A stretch of DNA of 62,616 nucleotides from Hydrurus foetidus. Lineage: Eukaryota. The position numbers and the translations under genes were made by a program. How positions within the stretch are numbered: position 1 is the stretch's first letter; each line of letters starts with the position of its first letter. The DNA lies in contig UYFQ01000803.1 of assembly GCA_900617105.1 (NCBI GenBank), positions 1-62,616 of the forward strand, given 5' to 3'. The notes under the pieces are model-generated. The model searched no databases and was not told the origin of the DNA. It worked only from the letters and a program-made list of their open reading frames with translations. Positions 18,386 to 27,123 of this stretch are shown here, piece by piece.

Positions 18386-20391
18386 ATGCAGTACTTTGTT
18401 ACCGGAGCCACTGGCTTTATCGGCAAGCGCCTTGTCAAGAAACTGCTGGAGCGCAAAGGCGCTGTGGTGCACTTTCTAATTCGTAAAGAGAGTGAAGGCA
18501 AGGTAGATGACCTGCGACAGTTTTGGGGGCTGAAAGATGCCAAAAGCGCGGCCCGCGCTGTGCCCGTCTTTGGTGACCTCACCGCGAAGAAGCTGGGTGT
18601 GGCCGGTGATGCTGTCAAGGCCTTGAAGGGGCAAGTCGACCATTTCTACCACCTGGCCGCGGTGTACGACCTGGGCGCTGACGAGGAAAGCCAGATCGCC
18701 GTCAACATCGAAGGCACGCGCAACACGATTGACTTTGCCAAGGCGATTGACGCCGGGCATTTTCACCATGTGTCGTCGATTGCCGCTGCTGGCCTGTACG
18801 AAGGCGTGTTCCGCGAAGACATGTTTGAAGAGGCCGAGAACTACGACCACCCCTACTTCATGACCAAGCACGAGAGCGAAAAGATCGTGCGCAAGGACTG
18901 CAAGGTGCCCTGGTCGGTGTACCGCCCTGCCATGGTGGTGGGCGACAGCCAGACCGGCGAGATGGACAAGATCGACGGCCCCTATTACTTCTTCAAGCTG
19001 ATCCAGCGCATGCGCCAGTTGCTGCCACCCTGGATGCCGGCCATTGGCCTGGAAGGTGGGCGCATCAACATCGTGCCGGTGGACTTTGTGGTGGACGCGC
19101 TGGATGCCATCAGCCACAAGGCTGGCATTGCCAAGAAGTGCTACCACTTGGTGGACCCCGTGGGCTACCGCGTGGGCGACGTGCTGGACATCTTCAGCAA
19201 GGCGGCGCACGCGCCCAAAATGAATGTGTTTGTGAATGCGGCCCTGCTGGGCTTCATTCCGCGCAGTGGGTCAAAAAGAGCCTGATGGCGCTGGCGCCGG
19301 TGCGCCGCGTAAGGGTGCCATCATGAAGGACTTGAGGCTGCCCGAGGACATGCTCACGTTCATCAATTTTCCCACGCGCTACGATTGCCGCGACACCACC
19401 GCTGCGCTCAAAGGCTCGGGCATGGATTGCCCCAAATTCGCTGACTACGCTTGGCGCTTGTGGGATTACTGGGAGCGCCACCTAGACCCAGCCCTGCAAG
19501 ATCGACCAAGCCTGCGCGGAACCGTGGGCGGCAAGGTGGTGTTGGTCACCGGGGGTTCGTCCGGCATTGGCTTGGCTGCTGCGCACAAGTTTGCCGAAGC
19601 GGGTGCCATCACCATCATCTGTGGCCGTGACGAGGCCAAGCTGGAAGAAGCGCAAAGCGAAAGCCAGGCGGCTACAGGCAAAGACGCGATCATCATCACC
19701 GACATTGCGGACATCGCGGACGAAGAAAGCTGCACAGCTGGTCGACCTTGGAAGCAACCACGGCGGCGTGGATTTCCTGATCAACAATGCTGGCCGCTCC
19801 ATCCGCCGTGCGATTGAATCCAGCTACGACCGTTTTCACGACTATGAGCGCACCATGCAGCTCAATTACTTTGGCTGTCTGCGTGTGACCATGGGCCTGC
19901 TGCCCGGCATGGTGGCCAAGAAGAAGGGACATGTGGTCAACATCAGCTCCATCGGCGTGCTGACCAATGCACCGCGCTTCAGCGCCTATGTGGCATCCAA
20001 AGCCGCGCTGGACGCTTGGACGCGCTGCGCGTCCAGCGAGTTCGCCGACCAGGGTATTTCTTTCACTACCATCAACATGCCGCTGGTGCGCACCCCGATG
20101 ATTGCACCCACTGGCATCTATAACAACGTGCCCACGCTGTCGCCCGAACAAGCCGCCGACATGGTGGCCGACGCCTGCATCAGCAAGCCCGTGCGCATCG
20201 CCACCCGCCTGGGAATCACCGGCCAAGTGCTCCACGCCTTGGTGCCGCGCATCGCCCAGATCGCCATGAACACCAGCTTCCGGATGTTCCCCGACTCATC
20301 GGCCGCCAAGGGTGCGAAGCCTGGGGAGAAGCAGAAGCTGTCGCCGGAGGCGATTGCTATGCAGCAGATGATGCGGGGGATTCATTTCTAG
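18386..20391 (+). pseudogene. Two-domain SDR, fatty acyl-CoA reductase type; frameshifted as assembled
   Basis: N-terminal TGATGFIG extended SDR and C-terminal TGGSSGIG/NNAGRSIRR/YVASK SDR joined across frameshifts near 19268, 19310 and 19745; may be sequencing error. Confidence 0.8.
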
Positions 20392-20413
20392 GTTCACCAC
20401 CAATTTCACTCAG

Positions 20414-20530
20414 TAGTGTCCCAACGTTCTTCAGAGGAGAGCGAGCTGATTTGGCTCGGAATCCGTCTCTGAATTTTTCGAGGGCGGCGTAAGTAGTCGA
20501 TTTATCCGAGATTGTCCATTAGGAATTTGG
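20414..20530 (-). mobile_element. Terminal remnant of an IS630-like element
   Basis: Ends in TA; 20414-20492 matches the reverse complement of 42642-42720 at 68/79; minus strand reads WTISDKSTTYAALEKFR, like an IS630 transposase tail. Confidence 0.5.
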
Positions 20531-20557
20531 GAGCTTCGCGGAATCCACTGTAATTTT

Positions 20558-21383
20558 TCAAGCCATAGCCAAGTTCAGCTTGCCACAATGAAACAGAATC
20601 CTTGCCCGGTAGTTGGTGAAGTTGCGAAACCCGCGCGCATTGGCTTTGATAAGCTGGATGGCACTGTTAAAGCCTTCTGCACAGGCATTGCTGATTCCAT
20701 GCTGGCTGTAGTTGAGCAGCCCTTCCTCGTGGCGACGCAGCATCTTGACGACTTTCTTCACCGGCTCCAGGCGGCTTCTTATGGCGTTGTTCGACCAGGC
20801 ATTGAAGAAGCGTTTGGCAGCACCCTTGTAGCTGTAGCTCCAGAACTGGCTGAAGTTCTCCTTGATGCACCTGGCCCTACTGGTCTTCAGGTTGAGCTGG
20901 TTCAGGGCCCGAAACGAGACGGCCTCAGCGCTTCGACCATCAGGGTACTTTCTCAACCAGACCCATTTGCTGCCCGCCAATGGCGAAGTACCTGCTTGGG
21001 ACAGCTTACGGTGCTCCTGCTTTCTGACGGCATCCACTGCCTCACCGAGATACTTGGAGACGTGGAACTTGTCATGCACGATGTCCGCCTGCGGCATGCA
21101 TTGCCTAGCCGCACTCATGTACGCAGGCCACATATCCATGGCCACCGCCTTGACCGACGCGCGTTGCGCTGGAGTAAGCGTCTCCAACAAGCTCACGGCC
21201 GCCACCAGCTTCCTCTCAGGCACCAAATCCAATACCCGCGAGCGGTCAATGTCGGTCAGGATGCTGGCGTAGGTGTGTCCTCTCTCCGAGCTCTTCTCAT
21301 CGATGCCAAGGTACGTAATCTCTTCCTCCTTACGTCGCAGCATGCCGCGCTCCACAACGCTGACCATGATGGCATTGACTGCA
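20558..21383 (-). pseudogene. ISL3 family transposase, 5'-truncated
   Basis: LGIDEKS, VAMDMWPAY, IVHDKFH, SNACAEGFNSAIQLIKANARGFRNF; N-terminal Zn-finger/HTH part missing. Confidence 0.88.
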
Positions 21384-21509
21384 AGGGTCCATTGGACGAA
21401 ACCGCTATCGCGGTAGTCCCCGAGCCAGCGCGGTTTGCGCCCATCTGGTTTAGCGCGTGCCTATGTTGTGAATTGAGGCAATTGGCCTCATTCACACAGG
21501 AGCACAGCC

Positions 21510-22385
21510 ATGGAAACGTCAAGCCAACCGGTATCTCCACTGCGTCAACGCATGCTGGAGGATATGCGTATGCGCAAACTCGCGCCCAAGACGCGGGAAG
21601 CCTATATCCGAGCGGTCAGCAGATTTGCACAGTATCTGGGGCGTTCCCCGGACACCGCCACTGCCGAGGACTTGCGCCGCTATCAATTGCACCTGGTGGA
21701 CGCAGGTACCTCCCCGATTACCCTCAACGCCACCATCACCGGCTTGAAGTTCCTGTTTGATGTGACGTTGGGCCATGGCGATGTTCTGGCGAAGATGCAA
21801 TCGGTTCGTGTGCCCCACAAGATCCCCGTTGTCTTGAACAAGCAAGAGGTCGCCCGTTTGATTGCTTGTGCCGGCAACCTCAAGCACCAAACCGCACTGG
21901 CGGTGGCCTACGGTACAGGACTGCGGGTCAGTGAAGTGCTTTCACTCAAAGTGAGCGACATCGACAGTCAACGCATGACGCTGCGCGTGGAACAAGGCAA
22001 AGGCGGACGGGACAGGTACGCCATGATCTCGCCGATCTTGTTGGAGCGTCTGCGCGTGTGGTGGCGTGTCGCACGCGCACAGGGCAAGATGCTCAATGGC
22101 GGCTGGCTGTTTCCAGGGCGTGATCCGATCGACCCTCTTACTGCGAAGCAACTCAACCGCGCTATTCATGAAGCGGCCACCCTGGCCAAGATCGACAAGC
22201 GCGTGTCCATGCATACCCTGCGACACAGCTTTGCCACGCATCTGTTGGAACAGAAGGTCGACATCCGCGTGATCCAGGTAATGCTGGGGCACAAGAAGCT
22301 GGAGACCACGGCGCTTTATACCCAGGTGGCCACCGAGGTGCTTAAAGAGGTGATCAGCCCGCTGGAAACACTGCCAACGAAGTAG
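21510..22385 (+). CDS. Tyrosine recombinase (phage integrase family)
   Basis: N-terminal SAM-like domain; GLRVSE, QGKG, HTLRHSFATHLLE, LGH, TALY catalytic motifs; AGGAG RBS. Confidence 0.93.
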   Translation: METSSQPVSPLRQRMLEDMRMRKLAPKTREAYIRAVSRFAQYLGRSPDTATAEDLRRYQLHLVDAGTSPITLNATITGLKFLFDVTLGHGDVLAKMQSVRVPHKIPVVLNKQEVARLIACAGNLKHQTALAVAYGTGLRVSEVLSLKVSDIDSQRMTLRVEQGKGGRDRYAMISPILLERLRVWWRVARAQGKMLNGGWLFPGRDPIDPLTAKQLNRAIHEAATLAKIDKRVSMHTLRHSFATHLLEQKVDIRVIQVMLGHKKLETTALYTQVATEVLKEVISPLETLPTK

Positions 22386-22394
22386 GTCACTTCT

Positions 22395-23606
22395 ATGGGG
22401 CCTAGTGCCCTGGCGGTGGCGGACATCTTCCGCGCCCATGGGCCTGCCTATAGGGCTGCGCAGCGCTCTCATCTGAGTCTGGGTCAGCTCAAGGTCATGA
22501 CAGCGATCGAACAGTGCCGCACGGCGGCGCTGGGGGGCCATGTTTTGCGCTGTCCGGACTGCCAGAACGATCAGGTGTCCTACAACTCCTGCCGCAACCG
22601 GCATTGCCCCAAGTGCCAGGCCCATGCTGCCAAGCGCTGGTTGGAAGCCCGCCAGGCCGACCTCTTGCCGGTGGATTACTACCATGTGGTCTTCACACTG
22701 CCGGCACCCATCAGCGACATCGCGTACTACAACAAGGCTGTGGTCTACGGCCTGTTGTTCGAGATCGCCGCTGAAACCCTGATCACCATCGCAGCCGATC
22801 CCAAGCATCTGGGTGCGCAGGTCGGCGCGACATTGGTGCTGCACACTTGGGGTTCGGCGCTCACGCACCATCCCCATGTGCACGGAATCGTGCCGGGCGG
22901 AGGGCTCTCACCGGATGGCAAGCGCTGGGTTTCTTGCAAGCCCGGCTTCTTCCTGTCTGTGCGGGTGCTCTCGCGCCTGTTCCGACGGCGCTTCCTGGAG
23001 GCGCTGGAGGAGGTGCACCGTGAGGGTCGGCTGCAGTTCTTTGGTGAGAGCGCGGGGCTGACAGATCCCAAGGCATTTGCCAGGTGGCTGGCGCCACTTC
23101 GCAAGATCGAATGGGTCGTGTATGCCAAACGCCCGTTCGCAGGGCCAGCAGCGGTGCTGGCCTACCTGTCGCGCTACACGCACCGCGTGGCCATTGCCAA
23201 TTCCCGTCTGGTGGCGATGGACGAGCGTGGTGTCACCTTTCGCTGGAAGGACTACCGCGACAAGAGCAACCCGGATAGGGCACGGCACAAGACGATGACG
23301 CTCAGCTCCGATGAGTTCATGCGCCGTTTCCTGCTGCATGTCTTGCCTGGCGGGTTTCATCGCATACGCCACTTCGGCTTGATCGCCAATAACGGACGCA
23401 AGGAGAAACTTGCGCTTGCGCGTGAACTGCTGGGCGTGGCGACTGCCGTTCCTATCGAACAGGTAGCAGATGCCCATGCAGCAGGTGATGAACCAGTGCG
23501 ACCCAACTTTGTATGCACGCACTGCGGCGCACAAATGGTTGTTGTGGAATCGTTCGTGCGTGGTCAGTCGATACGTGCGCCACCGTCAGCGCGGGATGGC
23601 CCATGA
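22395..23606 (+). CDS. IS91 family rolling-circle (HUH/Y2) transposase
   Basis: Zn domain C..C..YNSCRNRHCPKC, HVVFTLP, HTWG..HPHVH, YLSRYTHR, RFLLHVLP..RIRHFG. Confidence 0.93.
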   Translation: MGPSALAVADIFRAHGPAYRAAQRSHLSLGQLKVMTAIEQCRTAALGGHVLRCPDCQNDQVSYNSCRNRHCPKCQAHAAKRWLEARQADLLPVDYYHVVFTLPAPISDIAYYNKAVVYGLLFEIAAETLITIAADPKHLGAQVGATLVLHTWGSALTHHPHVHGIVPGGGLSPDGKRWVSCKPGFFLSVRVLSRLFRRRFLEALEEVHREGRLQFFGESAGLTDPKAFARWLAPLRKIEWVVYAKRPFAGPAAVLAYLSRYTHRVAIANSRLVAMDERGVTFRWKDYRDKSNPDRARHKTMTLSSDEFMRRFLLHVLPGGFHRIRHFGLIANNGRKEKLALARELLGVATAVPIEQVADAHAAGDEPVRPNFVCTHCGAQMVVVESFVRGQSIRAPPSARDGP

Positions 23607-23892
23607 CCGCGCACTGTCCCGTACGCCAATACATGCAATTGACGAAGCCGTTTGGAACGTCAAATGGAGTTGCCTTGCCTGTGGCTGCACTGGCGGGTCT
23701 TCATGCGCAACCGCCCACAGTAAAACGATGGCGAATTCGCCCACGCCGACATCATTGCGCCAGCTTGCAGGGCCACGTAGCACCCTTAGCCCACAGGCTG
23801 GACGTTCCCGGCAACTTCAAATCGCCATAGCTCAATAACGACTGGGTTTGCGTGTGGGGCACTTCTGGCCCCGCGGTTTCCTCCCTCGGGGC

Positions 23893-23960
23893 TTGTACGA
23901 CGCCCGCCCTCCAATGACTCGGACAGCCTTTGTGCGCCTGCGCGGGCGGGCATCCTACAA
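23893..23960. other. Subterminal hairpin of the IS91-type element (candidate ori end)
   Basis: TTGTACGACGCCCGCCC (23893-23909) pairs with GGGCGGGCATCCTACAA (23944-23960) at 15/17, 8 nt from the inferred end. Confidence 0.6.
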
Positions 23961-23968
23961 CCCTTAAC

Positions 23969-24086
23969 AAAAGCAGCCCAATGGGTGTGAAAAACGGTGC
24001 CGCCTTGAAAGATTGCGCGTGAAATCCCGTCATTTGAAAATTACAGACTCGCTACCTCAATTGGCAACGAGTTATTCAGCCCATCC
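23969..24086 (+). mobile_element. IS5 right-end remnant
   Basis: Colinear near-copy of 32373-32490; ends GAGTTATTCAGCCCATCC followed by TTAG (IS5-type YTAR target). Confidence 0.9.
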
Positions 24087-24117
24087 TTAGGCGACAACTA
24101 GCTTGACTTCCTCCGAA

Positions 24118-24670
24118 AGCATGCACAACCAATCAATGCCTTTTACCAAGAATGCTTCAATCCTTGGCTCAACTTGCACCGCCCTTGCATGTTCGCAACC
24201 CACAAGGTCAACCCCAAAGGCAAGGTCGTCAAGGTCTACAACAACGAGGACGTTAAGATCTCACTGGAGGCAGTGGTGTTGCTCAATAAGCTGGGACTGG
24301 TGAAGTTCAAAACCGAGACGATGCTGATTGAATTGTTGGCGCAGGCCAAACAAAAAACCGACCTTGCTGCAGCGCAGGAAATGCAGCAGGCCAAGCATGA
24401 ATCGTTTGCCAGCTTCGTAAAACAAAAACTGCGGGCTTGATGCGAATTCAGTGCGTGAAAAAAACACGGCCGGGGGTTGGCTCCGGCGGCCTGGCAGGGG
24501 CCTGGTTTAGAAAAATCCCGGCACACCAAAACTCCCAAAACTCCCAAAACAGCAGTGTTGAAGGAGCAGGGAAGTAAGCCTTTAGACTACCCTTTTTAAC
24601 CCGATCAGCCCAATCGCAGAAGTTACCTGAAATTGGATTCCATCAGGCTCATACATGAGTTGGAAAATAC
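24118..24670 (+). pseudogene. 3' remnant of an integrase-core transposase with its probable IS end
   Basis: Reads HAQPINAFYQECFNPWLNLHRPCMFA..KGKVVKVY..QKTDLAAAQEMQQAK to stop 24440; IS-end-like CAGGCTCATACATGAGTTGGAAAATAC at 24644-24670. Confidence 0.6.
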
Positions 24671-24716
24671 ATTTCGGTTAAAATTAAAATTTTTCGAAGA
24701 GGCAAAACTGAACATT

Positions 24717-26546
24717 ATGGGGTCTAACAAAAATATAAAAATAACATCGCTTCTGCATCGACTTTGGCAACATTTGGAAAAGCGAAGAAAAAAACAGTTT
24801 TTATTAATATTAATAATAACTATTCTAAATGCATTCGCGGAAGTTGTTAGCTTGGGAGTGTTAATTCCATTCCTCGGAGTTTTGGTCTCGCCAGAAAAAG
24901 TATTCAAGCAAGCAGTAGTCCAAGATATGGCGATTGTATTTGGATTTCAAACGCCGGCCAGTATCGTAACTCCTTTGACATTGTTATTTATTGGTACGGT
25001 ACTTCTAGCTGGTCTCTTCAGGATTGCGCACCTCCGAGCGACGATCAAAGTTACATTCGGTTGCGGAGCAGATTTGAGTGAAAAATTATACCAAACAATT
25101 TTAAATCAAAATTATTCCCAACATCTAAAGTTGAGCTCAGCTTCAATTATAAGTGGCATGGGAAAGGTGGATATCGCCGTAAACTCATTATCTCAAGTCG
25201 TAAGATTGGTTAGTTCGTTTTTCTTAACTATCTCGATAGTCGCGGCGCTTCTATATGTGAATCCAACTATAGCACTGACATCCTTTGTTTTTTTTGGAGT
25301 CGCATATGTTTTTATTAATGTTTCTGTGAAGGCGAGGGTGAAAAGAAATAGTGTCGCAATAGCAAAAAATAAAACTAAAACAATTAAATTGTTGCAAGAC
25401 GGATTGGGGGGGGTGCGAGACATTATCCTCGACAAAACTCAAGAGATCTTCTTGTGTCTGTACAAAGATGCTGACAAAGAATTGAGGGATGCTGAAAGTA
25501 GCAATTCAATAATTGAGGGAAGTCCACGATTCTTAATGGAGGCTGTCGGGATGGTATTTGTAGCCATGCTGGCTTACATGTTGTCGGTACGGGATGGCGG
25601 GATACAAAGTAGCCTGCCATTGTTGGGAATGTTGGCTTTAAGTGCGCAGAGAATGTTGCCTGCATTACAGCAGGCATACAACGCATGGACCGCAATCAAA
25701 GGACATCAGTCCTCATTGATTGAAGTTGTTAGTCTTCTGGATTTACCTCCCGAGTTAGGAGTGTTGGTGGGGCGTGAAAAGTTATCATTCCAAAATACTA
25801 TTCAATTTACTGATGTTTCTTTCTATTACAGTCAACCATCCATTCTGGCGGTCAAAAAAATAAGCTTACGAATAATTCGCGGCGAGAGGATAGGGATCAT
25901 TGGTGCAACTGGCAGCGGCAAGAGCACTCTTATCGACATTTTAATGGGGTTACTAGCGCCAACCTCAGGAAAAATGAGCATAGATGGCCAAGAAATGACG
26001 CCGGAAGTCATATCCAACTGGCGAAGAAACGTCGCTCACGTACCTCAAAGCATATTTTTAACTGATGGCAGCATCAGGGATAATATAGCATTTGGGGTAA
26101 AGAAAGATGAAGTAAATGAAGCGCGCATTAGGGATGCAGCCCGATGTGCATGCATTACAGAGTTCGTAGAAAGGATGCCTGATGGGTACAACTCGCTTAT
26201 CGGTGAACGAGGGGTAATGCTGTCGGGTGGTGAGAGGCAGCGTTTGGGCATTGCCCGCGCGTTATACAAAGAGTCTGAAATTATCATACTAGATGAAGCA
26301 ACTAGTGCATTAGATGTGGAAACCGAGAAAAAAGTAATGGATTCAATTGAAGCATTGCCGACACGAAAAACAGTAGTGATGATTGCCCACCGGTTATCTA
26401 CAATTGTCAATTGCGACAAAATCTATGTGATGAATACCGGCGAAATAGTGGACTTTGGAACTTATCAGGAAGTTTCGAATCGAGGCCGCTACATCAAGTC
26501 AGAAGTAAATATGGATCAACTGAGTGAGAGAGTTACAAATGATTGA
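24717..26546 (+). CDS. ABC transporter permease/ATPase half-transporter (PglK/Wzk/MsbA-like glycan flippase)
   Basis: N-terminal TM domain plus GATGSGKST, LSGGERQR, LDEATSALD; first gene of AT-rich glycan block. Confidence 0.88.
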   Translation: MGSNKNIKITSLLHRLWQHLEKRRKKQFLLILIITILNAFAEVVSLGVLIPFLGVLVSPEKVFKQAVVQDMAIVFGFQTPASIVTPLTLLFIGTVLLAGLFRIAHLRATIKVTFGCGADLSEKLYQTILNQNYSQHLKLSSASIISGMGKVDIAVNSLSQVVRLVSSFFLTISIVAALLYVNPTIALTSFVFFGVAYVFINVSVKARVKRNSVAIAKNKTKTIKLLQDGLGGVRDIILDKTQEIFLCLYKDADKELRDAESSNSIIEGSPRFLMEAVGMVFVAMLAYMLSVRDGGIQSSLPLLGMLALSAQRMLPALQQAYNAWTAIKGHQSSLIEVVSLLDLPPELGVLVGREKLSFQNTIQFTDVSFYYSQPSILAVKKISLRIIRGERIGIIGATGSGKSTLIDILMGLLAPTSGKMSIDGQEMTPEVISNWRRNVAHVPQSIFLTDGSIRDNIAFGVKKDEVNEARIRDAARCACITEFVERMPDGYNSLIGERGVMLSGGERQRLGIARALYKESEIIILDEATSALDVETEKKVMDSIEALPTRKTVVMIAHRLSTIVNCDKIYVMNTGEIVDFGTYQEVSNRGRYIKSEVNMDQLSERVTND

Positions 26547-27117
26547 TGGAATCAAAAGTCAGGTACGAAACTGGTTGGGTAAAGGAACAAATCAACCTGT
26601 TTTAGGTAATTGGCACGTAGAATTTATATTGCAATTAGCGAGCATTTTAAGGCCAAGAACCTATGTCGAGTTAGGACTGTATCAATGCGAATTGTTTAAT
26701 AGAATGATTCCACATGCAGAAAACCTTATTGGTGTGGATATGGCTTTAGAGGCTGGAGCACACATGAAGAAAATCAGCAAGGCGAGATTTGTCAACTGCA
26801 GCACAGATGAGTTTTGTCAAGTTGCAAAAAGTGAAAGCATTGAAATTGATCTTTTGTTCATTGATGCCAATCATTCCTATGAAAGTGTGAAGAATGATTT
26901 TCTGGGGTTTTTCCCTCTGGTAACGGATGGCGGGCTGATAGTTCTACACGATGGATACCCAAAAGATTTCAAACACACCGGAAGCGGATACTGCGGAGAC
27001 GGTTATAGGGCTATAGATGAGTTGACCCGAGCCGCTCTGGGGTATGAAATGATGACTATTCCAGTTCATCCTGGATTAACGTTAGCCCGAAAAAGACAAA
27101 ATCATTTGCCCTGGTGA
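26539..27117 (+). CDS. Class I SAM-dependent methyltransferase (Methyltransf_24-like)
   Basis: YVELG, IDLLFIDANHSYESVKNDF, GGLIVLHD. Confidence 0.85.
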   Translation: MIDGIKSQVRNWLGKGTNQPVLGNWHVEFILQLASILRPRTYVELGLYQCELFNRMIPHAENLIGVDMALEAGAHMKKISKARFVNCSTDEFCQVAKSESIEIDLLFIDANHSYESVKNDFLGFFPLVTDGGLIVLHDGYPKDFKHTGSGYCGDGYRAIDELTRAALGYEMMTIPVHPGLTLARKRQNHLPW

Positions 27118-27123
27118 AAACGT

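Larger units (their letters stand above)
21391..23968 (+). mobile_element. Tyrosine recombinase + IS91-family (Y2) transposase element, about 2.58 kb
   Basis: Two-gene module; flanks 21381-21390 and 23969-24086 rejoin to match IS5 32363-32490, with no target duplication. Confidence 0.8.

Noticed and set aside
20588..21760. 390-aa plus-strand ORF spanning ISL3 and the recombinase
   Set aside because: Antisense to ISL3 and crosses an element junction
21510..22385. Integron integrase or prophage integrase
   Set aside because: Lacks the IntI-specific insertion; no attC cassettes or phage genes; coupled to an IS91 transposase
23830..23968. Group II intron domain V/VI
   Set aside because: No RT/maturase and no convincing domain V; hairpin better explained as the element end
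24526..24550. CCAAAACTC short tandem repeat
   Set aside because: Under three units inside an IS remnant; no functional support
24633..24716. Upstream start for the ABC transporter
   Set aside because: Lies in an IS end; ATG 24717 is more plausible
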